Of a DNA stretch of 64,000 nucleotides, positions 11,720 to 23,810 are shown in pieces. Each line of letters begins with the position of its first letter. Position 1 is the first letter of the stretch. The DNA is from Eledone cirrhosa (Eukaryota). The notes below the pieces were generated by a model. It did no database searches. It saw only the letters and a list, made by a program, of their open reading frames with translations, and was not told the origin of the DNA. The stretch covers positions 80,414,001 to 80,478,000 of the forward strand of contig OZ024743.1 of NCBI GenBank assembly GCA_964016885.1. Reading direction: 5' to 3'. The position numbers and the translations under genes were made by a program.

Positions 11720-14700
11720 CTACAGGCGCATGATCAGAGTAGGCCCACTCACGCGGGCCATTCTCGCCACATTCACCCACCTTTCAGTAAATGTACTGGG
11801 GGGCAGCACTTCTCTCTCCACCCTCACCTTCCTTTCCAAGTGAAACTTGAAGAAGTTGATGAGGGATTGGCCGAAGAGAAAAGTGTCTGTCTTCAGTCCT
11901 TTCAACCTGGTCCACCATGCAACCTCTTTCGCTACTGCCACCAGGCAGAGGAAAATTGCCTGCCCTTCCTGACCAAAAGAAGGCGGCGGGTCAATCTTCA
12001 CTATGGACTCGGACGATAGCCGGATCCGTTCTACACGCGACAATAGCTGTTCGACATAACCCCACAAGTCAGCAATGCACGGACACTGGACGAGTGCGTG
12101 CAGAACGGTTTCGTCGCTCTGCGCGCATCTCGGGCACGTTCGTCTGACAGCACTTCCGTGCCTGTAGAGTTTATCCCGAACCGGCAGCGCCCCCCGGTAG
12201 CACTGCCAAGCGAGGGATTTCTGGAAGTTATCCATCGTCCCCGGCTCGAAAGTCCTCCGGAACATACTGGTCAGTTCTACTTCGTTGACGCCCAGAGCCT
12301 CTCCTAGTACGTCATCGCACTTGCCCTCCACTAATCCTCTATAGAAATCTTGAGTGGAAGTTCCACTGACCGCATTGCCCACCTTGCAGAGTGCAGTGAG
12401 CGCCTGGCAACATTCCAGATGCCAGTCGCCCAGTCTCGGTCTCTTCTTGACCCAGGACTGCAGCTCAGTCAAAGAGATGAGCTGCGGAAAGGCCCGTCTA
12501 ACAAACGGCGACCACACCTGTTCACCGTTTAGGCAAAATATCTGGAGATGTCGCAGCCTCAGCGCATGTCTGCGCATCATTAGCCACGGCATGCCCAGCC
12601 CTCCACGAAGAGGGTGCTGGCAGCAGATGGACCGCCTCACCAACGGGACCCGTCCCCTCCACAAAAATTTGAAAAGGAGCCGTTCCAAATTGGCGAGGCG
12701 TGGACGGGGGCAAGGCACGACGGTCAGGCGGTAGTAGATGACGGACGCGATGTACGCGTTCGCCACCTCCGCCCGCCCTTTCAGTGATAGCTTTCTCTCA
12801 GCCCATTTCTGGGTGAGGTTGGCTATCCTGCTCGTCACCTCGTCCCAATTCTTATCCACCTGGAGGTCTGGTCCGAACCAAACCCCGAGCAACTTTACCG
12901 GTCCGTCTGTCCAGCGCCCAACGACGCTGTTGGACGGCATGGACTTGCCTCTCCAGGTGCCGAGCTGCAAGCCCACCGACTTTTCCGGGTTAAGTTTTGC
13001 TCCCGTCAACCTTTCATATTCCTCCAAATGGGTGCGGATCACCTCGATTTCCGAGGTGTCCGACACCATCACGGTGATGTCGTCCGCATAAGCGGACGCA
13101 GCCTTTCTACGTCCCGGTTCGAGCGGGATGCCCTGCAACAACTCCAGCTTCCGCAGTAGAGGCTCAAGAGTCAATACGTACAGAAGTGAGGAGAGAGGGC
13201 ACCCTTGACGGACCGATCGAGAGATCTGAAACGGTTCCGAGAGGTGGCCATTAACTTTGACCACCGAGCGGATGCCGCTGTACATTGCAGCGATCCAGCT
13301 TCTGAAGACGGGGCCGAAGCCAGCCGCCTCGAGGACAGCCTCCAAGTACCGATGGTCGACCCTATCGAATGCTTTCGATTGATCTAAATTGATCAGAGCC
13401 CCACCGAAGCCAGGTTTGCACCCAACCCTCTCTATGATGTATCGCATGAGGTGGAGGTTGTCGTGTATGGACCTGGTCGGGATTGCGCAAGTTTGCGCCT
13501 CCCCAACCAAATCTTTGACGACAAGCGCCAACCTTTTCGCTAACACCTTGGCCAAAATCTTAAACTCTGTGTTGAGCAGGGTTATGGGCCTGAAATTATC
13601 TAGTGTGTCCCTCTTGTTCTCGTCTTTCCTTATCAGCGTCACTACGCCACGGCTCACAGAACTGGGAATGCTCCCGTTCTGCTGCCAGTTGCAGTAGAGC
13701 GCTTCGAGGAGATCGGAGAACAAGTCTGGCATATTTACGTAAAGCTCGTAGGGCAGACCATCCAAACCGGGTGACTTGCGACTCGAGCAGCCGACAAGGG
13801 CGTCCTGAATTTCGGCTGATGTTATCGGCTCTTCGCAGCGCTCAGCGTCGGCCGTCGAGAGGCGTGGCAAGCCGTCGAGGTAGGGACTGAAGTCCGCCGC
13901 CGTCTCCGACTCACCCATCCTCCCGAACAATCGAGCAAAGTGCTGGCGAAAGGCCTCACACATCTGCTTGGAATCGCTCAGTTCGTGTCCATCTCGATCC
14001 GTCAAAGACCGAATTGTGGTTTTATTTCCACGCTGCGTCTCTGCAAAGCGAGCCCATCGGGCAGCTTTGGTTCCCTCGTTCCTCAGAGCACGCGCCTTAG
14101 CTCTGACAATGCAACCTTCGTGTTTCGCATTGAAGAAATGGTCTAGTGCCATTCTCGCCGCTAGCACGTCTGTTGCAATGCCACTACAAATAGCCTCGTC
14201 TAACTTAGCTATCAGCCCCTCCTCCTTTCTATTTTTCTCTATTGCTACTTCTTTGCTAAATCCTATCGAGGTTGCTCTAATCTCTCTTTTGAGTGCCCCC
14301 CACCACCTGTTGTTGACAACCCCCCCTGTCAACTTTTGCTTAACTAAGTTGTTGACCCGGTCCCTGTAAGCTTTACGTGCCGGAAACGACATGTTTAGCT
14401 TCCAGTAGCTAGGTCCTAACCTACGTGTCTTATCTAGGTCGACCATACAGATCACAAGCTTGTGATCTGAATAGGCAACCGTTTTAAAATGTGGACATCC
14501 TACACTATTTCTATCTCTTTTCCTAATGAAAATCCTATCTATGTACGATCTAGATGACCCTATGCGATTGGTCCAGGTCCATACTGGCGCATTAGGGAAA
14601 TCTAGTCGGTACCTGTCAGACAGTTGAAACTGGCTGATCAGGTACTTGAGGCTTTTGCACCCCCCGCTCCTATCAGATACTCCCACACAATCCCAGCGTG

Positions 14701-15139
14701 CTTCTAAGATGCCATTCCAATCCCCTATTAACAGTAAAGGGCGAGACGTAAGCAGAAAGTTTTCCAGGCGCCTAAAGAAGTCCGGCCGACCGGCCCCAGT
14801 AGGGGCGTAGACGGCCACCAGTCTAAAGGCACCACCTTCGCTATTGCTCACGTCCAGGACCACCAACTTTCCGTCAGGATCCCGGAAGATTGACCTTACC
14901 TCGAGATCCAGACATTTCCTAAACAGCACAGCCACTCCACCTCCCATTCCCGGCCGACTAACAGATGCAAAGATCTGATAATCGTCGAAAATCGGCGCCA
15001 GTGCGCGTGTGTCGGAAATTCTGGTCTCGCTGATGGCAATTACATCCATTCCTAGTGACCTGAGGTCGTTGAGCAAGTGACCTTGCTTCCAGGGCGACCC
15101 CAGGCCACGAACATTTAAACTTCCTACTCTTATGGCCAT
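11720..15139 (-). CDS. LINE ORF2: AP endonuclease, reverse transcriptase and C-terminal Cys motif (1139 aa)
   Basis: SLNVRGL, ISET, VYAP, GDWN, YIDRIF, SDH; KSPGLDG, RPITLLN, LDQSKAFD, VRQGCPLS, YADD; CPRC..ETVLHALVQC. Confidence 0.97.
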   Translation of the reverse strand: MAIRVGSLNVRGLGSPWKQGHLLNDLRSLGMDVIAISETRISDTRALAPIFDDYQIFASVSRPGMGGGVAVLFRKCLDLEVRSIFRDPDGKLVVLDVSNSEGGAFRLVAVYAPTGAGRPDFFRRLENFLLTSRPLLLIGDWNGILEARWDCVGVSDRSGGCKSLKYLISQFQLSDRYRLDFPNAPVWTWTNRIGSSRSYIDRIFIRKRDRNSVGCPHFKTVAYSDHKLVICMVDLDKTRRLGPSYWKLNMSFPARKAYRDRVNNLVKQKLTGGVVNNRWWGALKREIRATSIGFSKEVAIEKNRKEEGLIAKLDEAICSGIATDVLAARMALDHFFNAKHEGCIVRAKARALRNEGTKAARWARFAETQRGNKTTIRSLTDRDGHELSDSKQMCEAFRQHFARLFGRMGESETAADFSPYLDGLPRLSTADAERCEEPITSAEIQDALVGCSSRKSPGLDGLPYELYVNMPDLFSDLLEALYCNWQQNGSIPSSVSRGVVTLIRKDENKRDTLDNFRPITLLNTEFKILAKVLAKRLALVVKDLVGEAQTCAIPTRSIHDNLHLMRYIIERVGCKPGFGGALINLDQSKAFDRVDHRYLEAVLEAAGFGPVFRSWIAAMYSGIRSVVKVNGHLSEPFQISRSVRQGCPLSSLLYVLTLEPLLRKLELLQGIPLEPGRRKAASAYADDITVMVSDTSEIEVIRTHLEEYERLTGAKLNPEKSVGLQLGTWRGKSMPSNSVVGRWTDGPVKLLGVWFGPDLQVDKNWDEVTSRIANLTQKWAERKLSLKGRAEVANAYIASVIYYRLTVVPCPRPRLANLERLLFKFLWRGRVPLVRRSICCQHPLRGGLGMPWLMMRRHALRLRHLQIFCLNGEQVWSPFVRRAFPQLISLTELQSWVKKRPRLGDWHLECCQALTALCKVGNAVSGTSTQDFYRGLVEGKCDDVLGEALGVNEVELTSMFRRTFEPGTMDNFQKSLAWQCYRGALPVRDKLYRHGSAVRRTCPRCAQSDETVLHALVQCPCIADLWGYVEQLLSRVERIRLSSESIVKIDPPPSFGQEGQAIFLCLVAVAKEVAWWTRLKGLKTDTFLFGQSLINFFKFHLERKVRVEREVLPPSTFTERWVNVARMARVSGPTLIMRL

Positions 15140-15168
15140 GCTGGCAGGATGAATGGGAGAGGAAAGGT

Positions 15169-17079
15169 TTACTTACCTTCCGGGGTCTTGTGAAGGTCGG
15201 GTGGTTCGACCTCCATGGTTTGTGGGGTTTCTTTTGGGAACCCCTTTAATAGTCTTGACGTGGGTTTTACGTTCGGGGTTCCCACATCCCGAGGAAAGCT
15301 CTTTCGAATTTCTTTGTATGAAGCGAGCGACATTCGCATCAGAAGCAAATTATCTGGTACGCGAAATGTGCTCGCTTCAAATGTTTCCCCGTCTTTTTCG
15401 ATGTTTGTGCTTCGTGCTACATGGGCCATCAATTCCGTGTTGGCCCTTCTGGCAAGCACGAAGTTTTTAATGTTTTGTTGCTCGGGTTTTATTTGTTCGT
15501 GTGATTGTGGTGGTGATAGCTTTGTTAGTGTTGTTTCTATTGTGTCTGCGTTTGTTGTGGGTGGGGTGTCTGTAGTTTCTGATGTTTGTGTGTCTATTTG
15601 TTCTTGTGTCTGTTTAGCTTGTTTGCGTTTGGGGGATTTTGGTGGTTGTGTTGGTGATGCTGTGGGGAAAATGTTTGTGTGGGTGGTGTGTGTATTTTTT
15701 TTTGTGGGGGTGTTTGTGCTTTGTGGATTTCTTTTTTTTTTGTGTTTTGTTTTTTGTATTTTGGGGGACTTTGGTTTTCCCTCATCTTCACTGCTGGAGG
15801 ATGAGGGGTCTGTGGCTGTGAGCGTGTTTGTGTCTGAGTGAGTGTTTATGTTCTTGTTCGTGTGTGTATTTTGGGGGGGAGGGGGAATGGGAGAGCTTTC
15901 CTCGTTTCCCCCCTGGGTGTGCAATTTTGGTGGTTCCATTGTTGACGGTGTTGCTGGTGGTCCTTGTCCCGGCGTCGCCAGCAGTGGAATCTTTCGACCC
16001 CTTGCGCTTTTCGGCAGTTGAGGGCAGAAGGCTCGCAAGTGTGTCGTTTCCCCACAAAGGAAACAATGCGGCCTTTTGCCCTCAGTCATTATATGCAACA
16101 CCCTCCCGTTTTGGAGGCGGATGTGGTCCGGGATTGTTTTTACGTTTTCGGGTCTGATTTGGAGCAGTATCTCCAGATCAACCCCGGACCAGTCGTCCCT
16201 GGCAGTTCTCGTTGCCTCTACCGGGACTGTATCCGTTCCTTCCACGATTACGCAACCCAGGAGCCACCACATATCAAGTCCTGGTGGAATCCTGGGAATG
16301 CGCACACGTGCTATTCGTTTTCCCATGTGGGAGGGGTACATTATGACCTTGCTGGTTTTGCAAGGGGTCATTGAATGCTTCACAGCGAGGGCTTCAGACT
16401 TGAACAGCACCGAAACGGTGCCGTATTGCCTGCCCCTCTCTATGAAGTCTGTGTCCTCTCTGATGTATTTCAGTGCGGCTTCTATGTCAGCTTGGGCGAT
16501 TATCGCTGCCCTCTTTGTCTCTACTGAGATGCATCTGAAATGCACCGTTCTTTTTTCCACTGCCTCAATGGCTTCTGCCGGGACAGTTAAGTTTGCCCAG
16601 GTCTGCTCTTGATTTATGATTTTCCAGGCCTGGGCCAACTTTTCCTCTCTGTTGGTTAAGTCGATGCTGTAGTATGGTCTCCTTTTAGCCGCTGCCACAG
16701 CAGCGAAAGTGTTCTTGTTGGTGTTGTCACTGTTGTTGTTCTTGTTGGTGTTGCTGCTGCTATTGCTGTTGTTGTTCTCCCCTGTGTCGTGGTTACCTTC
16801 TGTGCTGTTGGCCTTGTTGGTGCTGCTGCTGTCGCTACTATTACTCTCTGTGCTGTTCGTTTTGTTGGTGCTCTCGCTATTACCACCTTCTGCGCTGTTC
16901 GGCTTGTTGGTGTTGGTGTTGTCGCTGTTACCACCTTCCGCGCCGCTCGGCCCGTTGGTGCTGGCACTGTCGCTGCTCACATTCGTGCTGGTGGCGCTCC
17001 TCGCCTCACCTCTCCTCTCAACGCTCAAGTCGCCGTTGCACGACAGCAGACCCGCCTCTAGGGGGCGTGGCTCCGCCAT
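15169..17079 (-). CDS. LINE ORF1, nucleic-acid-binding protein (636 aa)
   Basis: CCHC knuckle CFLCGETTHLRAFC, N/S/T-rich N-terminus and P/T/K-rich C-terminal half. Ends 29 nt upstream of ORF2. Confidence 0.92.
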   Translation of the reverse strand: MAEPRPLEAGLLSCNGDLSVERRGEARSATSTNVSSDSASTNGPSGAEGGNSDNTNTNKPNSAEGGNSESTNKTNSTESNSSDSSSTNKANSTEGNHDTGENNNSNSSSNTNKNNNSDNTNKNTFAAVAAAKRRPYYSIDLTNREEKLAQAWKIINQEQTWANLTVPAEAIEAVEKRTVHFRCISVETKRAAIIAQADIEAALKYIREDTDFIERGRQYGTVSVLFKSEALAVKHSMTPCKTSKVIMYPSHMGKRIARVRIPRIPPGLDMWWLLGCVIVEGTDTVPVEATRTARDDWSGVDLEILLQIRPENVKTIPDHIRLQNGRVLHIMTEGKRPHCFLCGETTHLRAFCPQLPKSARGRKIPLLATPGQGPPATPSTMEPPKLHTQGGNEESSPIPPPPQNTHTNKNINTHSDTNTLTATDPSSSSSEDEGKPKSPKIQKTKHKKKRNPQSTNTPTKKNTHTTHTNIFPTASPTQPPKSPKRKQAKQTQEQIDTQTSETTDTPPTTNADTIETTLTKLSPPQSHEQIKPEQQNIKNFVLARRANTELMAHVARSTNIEKDGETFEASTFRVPDNLLLMRMSLASYKEIRKSFPRDVGTPNVKPTSRLLKGFPKETPQTMEVEPPDLHKTPEGK

Positions 17080-17290
17080 GTTTTTTTGAGAAAAAAATTA
17101 TTATTTTTTTTCAAAATAAAGTTCAAATATTTGGGCCAAAAGGCCCAAATATTATGAGTTATTCCTTCACAGGATACAAATTAATGTCTTATAATGCTTC
17201 AGCGGTACAAAAAATAAACAATTCTCTACAATTAATCCTCAAAAAATTGCTTACTCACGGAGCTTCAAAAAACGTACATCCACTTTCGTC

Positions 17291-17858
17291 AATAATAATA
17301 ATAATAATAGTAATAATGCTTTCTTTATTAACCACAAGGGTTTACACAAAGTAATACATTAAGGACAGTACAGAACGATACAGGACAATACAGGACGGTA
17401 CAAATAGGCATTTCTGCGTGTAAAAGAAAACAAAAACAGAGGATGTAACAAAAAAAGAAACAATGAAAAATTCCCCAATAGGGGGGAGACTTCCGAGGGA
17501 CATTCGTGGAGAAAGCCCATTAAAAAAGCCACGGTGACCCTGACCACCAGGGCAAGTGCCCTCTCCCAGTTTTCCACCTTTAATTTACAGGCATATACTC
17601 AGAGTAGGCCCATTCACTCGGGCCATTCTTTCCTCTCTCACCCATCTTTCAACAAAATGCTGGGAAGAGAGCACTTCCCTCTCTACCCTGATTTTCCTTT
17701 TCAAATGAAATTTGAAAGAGGTAATGAGGGCATCACGGAAGAGGTAGTGCTCATCTTCAGCCCTTTCAAATGCGTCCACCATACTATCTCTTTCGCCATG
17801 GCCACCAAACAGATAAAAACTGCCTGCCCTTCCCGGCTAAAGGAGGAGGGCGGGGAAA
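17291..17858 (-). mobile_element. 3' fragment of a divergent Tx1 subfamily
   Basis: PPSSFSREGQAVFICLVAMAKEIVWW and FKFHLKRKIRVEREVL..WV..MARVNGPTL are homologous to the ORF2 C-terminus. Has its own UTR, AATAAA and (TTA)n tail at 17291-17316. Confidence 0.85.
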
Positions 17859-17861
17859 AAG

Positions 17862-20800
17862 TGCCAAAAAACAAAAGAGAAAACTCACCAAAAAAAAGCC
17901 CCAACAAAATACAAAAACATACACAACAAAAAATACAGACACCACTAACGCAAACACTTCCACAATAATATCAACACTAACATCAATATCAACACCACCC
18001 CAACAATCCCCGAAACGCAAACAACCTAAACAAACACAAGAACAAATAAACACACAAATACCTGAAATTGCAGACACCACACCTACAACAAACACAGACA
18101 TACCCGAAACAACACCACATAAACATTCACCACGACAGTCACCAAAACGAAAACAAATTAAACCACACCAACAAAACATTAAAAACTTCGTGCTTGTCAG
18201 AAGTTGCGACGATAAATTGATGGCTCTCTTAGCACGAAGCGAGGACATCCAAACAGAGAGGGAGATCTTTGAATTGAACACATTTTGCGTGCCAGAAGAT
18301 TTACTTCTGGTGCGAATGTCGCTCGACTCCTACAAAGAAATTCGAGAGAGCTTTCCTCAAGATGTGGGAAGCCCGAACGTGAAACCCACATCAAGACTTT
18401 TAAAGGGATTCCCAAAAGAAACCCCACCAACCATGGAGGTCGAACCACCCGACCTTCACAAGACCCCGGGAGGTAAGTAAACCTTCCCTCTCTCTTTTAG
18501 CTTGCCAAAATGGCCATATTAATAGTAGGAAATTTAAATGTTCGCGGCCTGGGGTCACCCTGGAAGCAGGGTCGCCTGCTCAACGACCTCAGTTCTCTGG
18601 AAATGGATGTGATTGCCGTCAGCGAGACCAGGATTTCCGAGACGCGCTTACTAGCCCCCATATTCTACGACTATCAGATCTTCGCATATGTTAGCAGGCC
18701 GGGAATGGGATATAGGGTGGCAGTGCTGTTTAGAAAAGGACTGGATCTCGAGGTAAGATCGATCATCCGGTACCCGGACGGTAAGTTGGTGGTGCTGGAT
18801 GTGAACAGTAGCGAAGGTGGTGCCTTTAGACTGCTGGCCGACTACGCCTCTACTAGGGCCGGACGACCGGACTTCTTTAGGCGCCTGGATACCTTTCTGG
18901 GTACGTCTCGCCCTCTACTGTTAGCGGGGGACTGGAACGGCATCTTAGACGCACGCTGGGATTGTGTGGGAGTAGCTGATAGGAGCGGGGAGAGCAAAAG
19001 CCTCAAACACCTAATCAGCCAGTTCCAACTGTATGACAGGTATCGACTATACTTCCCCACTGCGCCAGTGTGGACCTGGGCTAACCGCATAGGGTTATCT
19101 AGATCGTAATAGACAGGATCTTCATTAGGAAAATAGATAGAAATAGTGTAGGCTGCCCAATTTTTAAAACGGTCGCCTATTCAGATCACAAATTTGTGAT
19201 CTGTTTAGCCGACCTAGATAAAACGCGTAGGTTAGAACCGGATTACTGGAAGCTGAAATAACATTTCCGGCACGTAAGGTTTACAGGGACCGAGTCAACA
19301 ATTTAGTTAAGCAAAAGTTGACAGGGGGGATCATAAACAACAGATGGCGGGGCCTCTCAAAAGAGAGATTAGAGTAACTTCGATAGAGTTCAGCAAAGAA
19401 CTAGCGTTAGAGAAAAATAGAAAGGTGGGAGAGCTGGTAGATAAGTTAGACGAGGCCATTTGTAGTGGCATTGCAACTGACGTGCTAGCAGCGAGAATGG
19501 CATTAGACCATTTCTTCAATGCGAAACACGAAGGTTGCATTGTCAGAGCTAAGGCGCGTGCGCTGAGAAACAAGGAAACCAAAGCTGTTCGATGGGCCCG
19601 CATGCCGGAGGTGCAGCGTGGTAATAAAACCACAATTCGGTCTTTGGCGGTCCGAGACCAACACGAGATAAGCGATTCTAAGCGGATGTGTGAGGCCTTT
19701 CGCCGGCACTTTGAGAGTGGTGAGTCAGAGAGAGTAGCGGATTTTAGTCCCTACCTTGACGGCTTGCCGCGCATCTCGACGCTCGACGCTGAGCGCTGCG
19801 AAAGGCCGATTACTTCAGCCGAAATTCAGGACGCCCTTGTCGGCTGCACGAGGCGCAAGTCACCCGGTTTGGATGGCCTGCCCTACGAGCTTTACGTAAA
19901 TATGCCAGACTTGTTCTCCGAACTCCTCGAATCACTCTACTGCAACTGGCAACAGAATGAGAGTATTCCCAGTTCTGTGAGCAGGGGAGTGGTGACGCTG
20001 ATAAGGAAAGACGAGAACAGGAGGGATACATTAGACAACTTCAGGCCCATCACTCTGCTCAACAGAGAGTTTAAGATTTTGGCCAAGATGTTAGCAAAGA
20101 GATTGGCGTTGTCGTCGAGGATTTGGTTGGGGAGGCGCAAACTTGTGCAATCCCAGCCAGATCCATACACGACAATCTCCATCTCATGCGATACATCATA
20201 TAGAGGGTAGGGTGTAAGGATGGCTTCGGTGGGGTACTGATCAATTTAGATCAATCAAAGGCATTCGATAGGGTCGACCATCGGTATCTGGAGTTTGTCC
20301 TCAAAGCAGCTGGCTTCGGCCCTGTCTTCAGAAGCTGGATCGCTGCAATGCACAGCGGCACGCGCTCGGTGGTCAAGGTTAATGGCCAACTCTCGGAACC
20401 ATTTCGGCTCTCCCGATCGGTTCGTCAAGGGTGCCCTCTCTATTCTCTTCTGTAGGTATTGACTCACGAGCCTTTACTGCGGATGCTGGAACTGTTGCAG
20501 GGCATCACGCTCGAACTGGGACGTGGAAAGGCGGTGTCGGCTTATGCGGAAATCGAGGTGGTCGGCACCTTATTGAAGGTATATGAAAGGTTGACAGGAG
20601 CCAAACTTAACCCGGAAAAAAGGGTGGGCTTGCAGCTTGGAACCTGGAGAGGCAAGCCTATGCCGTCCAACAGCGTCGTGGGGTGCTGGACGGACGGACC
20701 GGTAAAGTTGTTCGGGGTTTGGTTCGGACCAGACCTCCAGGTGTGAAAGAATTGGGACGAGGTAACGAGCAAAGTAGCCAGTCTCACCCAAAAATGGGCT

Positions 20801-21853
20801 GGGAGGAAGCTGTCACTGAAAGGTCGCGCGGGGGTGTGGTCGCCGTTTATCAGACGGGCTTTTCTGAAGCTCGTTTCTTTGACTGAGCTGCAGTCCTGGG
20901 TCAAGAAGAAACCAAGATTGGGTGACTGGCACCTGGAAGTTCCACTCTCGTGTTCTATAGAGGATTAGTGGTGGGCAAGTGCGATGATGCACTCGGAGAA
21001 GCTTCGGGCCTCGACGAAGTCGAACTGACCAGTCTGTACCGGAGGACTTTCGAGCCGGGGACGATGGAAAATTTCCAGAAATCCCTCGCTTGGCAGTGCT
21101 ATTGGGGGGCACTGCCGGTTTGGGATAAACTCTACAGGCACGGAAGTGCTGTCAGACGGACCTTCCCAAGATGCGCACAGAGCGACGAAACCCAATGTCC
21201 GTGCATTACTGACTTGTGGAGTTATGTCGAACAGCTACTGTCGCGTGTGGAACGGATCTGGCTATTGGCCGAATCCATAGTGAAGATCGACGAGCCATCT
21301 TCCTTAGGTCATGATAAGCAGGCAATCTTCCTCTGTCTGGTGGCCGTTGCGAAAGAGGTTGTATGGTGGACCAGGTTGAAGGACTGAAGACAGACACTTT
21401 TCTCTTCGGCCAATCGCTCATCAACTTCTTCAAGTTTCACCTGGAAAGGAAGGCGAGGGTGGAGAGAGAAGTGCTCCCCCCCCCCCCAGTACATTTGCTA
21501 AAAGGTGGATGAATGTGGCGAGAATGGCCCGTGTGAATGGGCCTACTCTGACCATGGGCCTATAGGCTAGCTAACTTGAGGAGAGGGGTGCTCTCCCTGG
21601 GTGCCCTAGAAGCGCAGGATGGTCAGGATTGGTGGGGGTACGTGGGTCAGCCCCGGGTCGTTCACCCACTATAGGGGTATTTATTTTGTTATATCATGCA
21701 TAGTTTATTTTATATATTTATATCTTTCATTGTTAAATTAGTCTTGCCATTGTGCACTTTTACTCGACCTTATTGTAAACCCCCACTGTCCCTGTCTTTG
21801 TATTGTCCCCTACATGTCGGCCCTTGTAGCCAATAAATGAAATCGTTATTATC
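17862..21853 (+). mobile_element. Decayed, 5'-truncated copy of the Tx1 LINE
   Basis: ORF1 C-terminus to 18480, then broken ORF2, 3' UTR and AATAAA near 21832. Confidence 0.92.
18510..21563 (+). pseudogene. ORF2 pseudogene
   Basis: Stop at 19107, several frameshifts, and deletions, including loss of the DD of YADD near 20548. Confidence 0.9.
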
Positions 21854-21911
21854 AGAATAGGTAAAGATTGTATTAATGCTGACAATATCAGGACGAGTTT
21901 TAGATAATTGA

Positions 21912-21993
<82 letters not shown>

Positions 21994-22169
21994 GTTGATA
22001 TTATCACCGTTGCCGTTTTGCTGACGAATATGGAAGATTTTCTTTATTTTTTCCATCTCAAACGAACTGTTGAACACAACATTCACGTCTTTATATTTTA
22101 TATTCACCGTATTTCAGTGTACAAATAGAAACAAATATTTTACTGCTCAAATTAGACAAAGTGGGATAC

Positions 22170-22512
22170 TCTCTCTCTCTCTCTCCTCTCTAAATATACA
22201 TAATGACTCTCTTTCTCCCATAACATACTCTCTCTCTCTCTCTCTCTCTCTTAACATACATAATGTCTCCCTTTCTCTCATAACATACTCTCTCTCTCCC
22301 CCTCTCTTAACATACATAATGTCTCCCTTTCTCCCATAACATACTCTCTCTCTCTCTTAACATACATAATGTCTCTCTTTCTCCTATAACATACTCTCTC
22401 TCTCGCTCTCTCTCTTAACATACATAATGTCTCTCTTTCTCCCATAACACACACTCTCTCTCTCTCTCTCTCTCTCTTAACATACATATGTCTCTCTTTC
22501 TCCCATAACATA

Positions 22513-22552
<40 letters not shown>

Positions 22553-22803
22553 CTATCTTAACATACATAATTATTTCTACTTTAGGCACAAGGCCAGCAA
22601 TTATCCAGTGCATTACTGGTACTTTATTTTATCGACCTCGTAAGGATGAAAGGCAAAGTCCACCTCGGCGGGATTTGAACTCAGATCGTAAAGGGACCGT
22701 AACTATGCTGGAAAGCATGGCGTTCGACCCTCTACCAATACTGCCAATCCACCGCCCTTAACATATCTCTTAACATACATAATGTCTCCCTTTCCCTCAT
22801 AAC

Positions 22804-22843
<40 letters not shown>

Positions 22844-22933
22844 CATACATAATGTCTCCCTTTCCCTCATAACATACTCTCTCTCTCTCTCTCTCTCTCT
22901 TAACATACATCATGTCTCCCTTTCCCTCATAAC

Positions 22934-22975
<42 letters not shown>

Positions 22976-23058
22976 CATACATAATGTCTCCCTTTCTCTC
23001 ATAACATACTCTCTCTCTCTCCTCTTAACATACATAATGTCTCCCTTTCCCTCATAAC

Positions 23059-23098
<40 letters not shown>

Positions 23099-23131
23099 CA
23101 TACATAATGTCTCCCTTTCCCTCATAACATA

Positions 23132-23163
<32 letters not shown>

Positions 23164-23196
23164 TAACATACATAATGTCTCCCTTTCCCTCATAAC

Positions 23197-23230
<34 letters not shown>

Positions 23231-23261
23231 CATACATAATGTCTCCCTTTCTCTCATAACA

Positions 23262-23298
<37 letters not shown>

Positions 23299-23386
23299 CA
23301 TACATAATGTCTCCCTTTCTCTCATAACATACTCTCTTTCTCTCTCTCTCTCTTAACATACATAATGTCTCCCTTTCCTTCATAAC

Positions 23387-23434
<48 letters not shown>

Positions 23435-23465
23435 CATACATAATGTCCTCCCTTTCCCTCATAAC

Positions 23466-23507
<42 letters not shown>

Positions 23508-23536
23508 CATACATAATGTCTCCCTTTCTTCATAAC

Positions 23537-23570
<34 letters not shown>

Positions 23571-23668
23571 CATACATAATGTCTCCCTTTCTCTCATAAC
23601 ATACTCTCTCTCTCTCTCTCTTAACATGCATAATGTCTCCCTTTCTCTCATAACATACACTCTCTCTC

Positions 23669-23699
<31 letters not shown>

Positions 23700-23728
23700 C
23701 TCTCTTCTCTCTCTCCTCTCTCTCTCTC

Positions 23729-23779
<51 letters not shown>

Positions 23780-23810
23780 TACGTACTAACTCTCTTTCAT
23801 AACATACTAT
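22170..23810. repeat. Compound minisatellite: about 37-bp core plus variable (CT)n
   Basis: taacatacataatgtctccctttccctcataacatac-(tc)n, more than 20 copies, interrupted by a SINE. Confidence 0.92.
22571..22757 (-). mobile_element. tRNA-derived SINE, main family
   Basis: Same sequence as 11262-11440. Confidence 0.88.

Larger units (their letters stand above)
11446..17290 (-). mobile_element. Full-length Tx1/L1-clade non-LTR retrotransposon
   Basis: 5' UTR 17080-17290, two intact ORFs, 3' UTR with AATAAA and (TTA)n tail. (AAT)n lies at both junctions. Confidence 0.93.

Noticed and set aside
15140-15178. Splice-donor-like AG|GTAAGT at the ORF1 stop (also at 18472) as an ORF1-ORF2 fusion intron
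   Set aside because: The nearest acceptors give introns of 36 nt or less and out-of-frame joins.
22170-23810. CRISPR-like look (constant repeat with variable spacer)
   Set aside because: Spacers are only (CT)n, the context is eukaryotic and there are no cas genes. The other arrays have no unique spacers.
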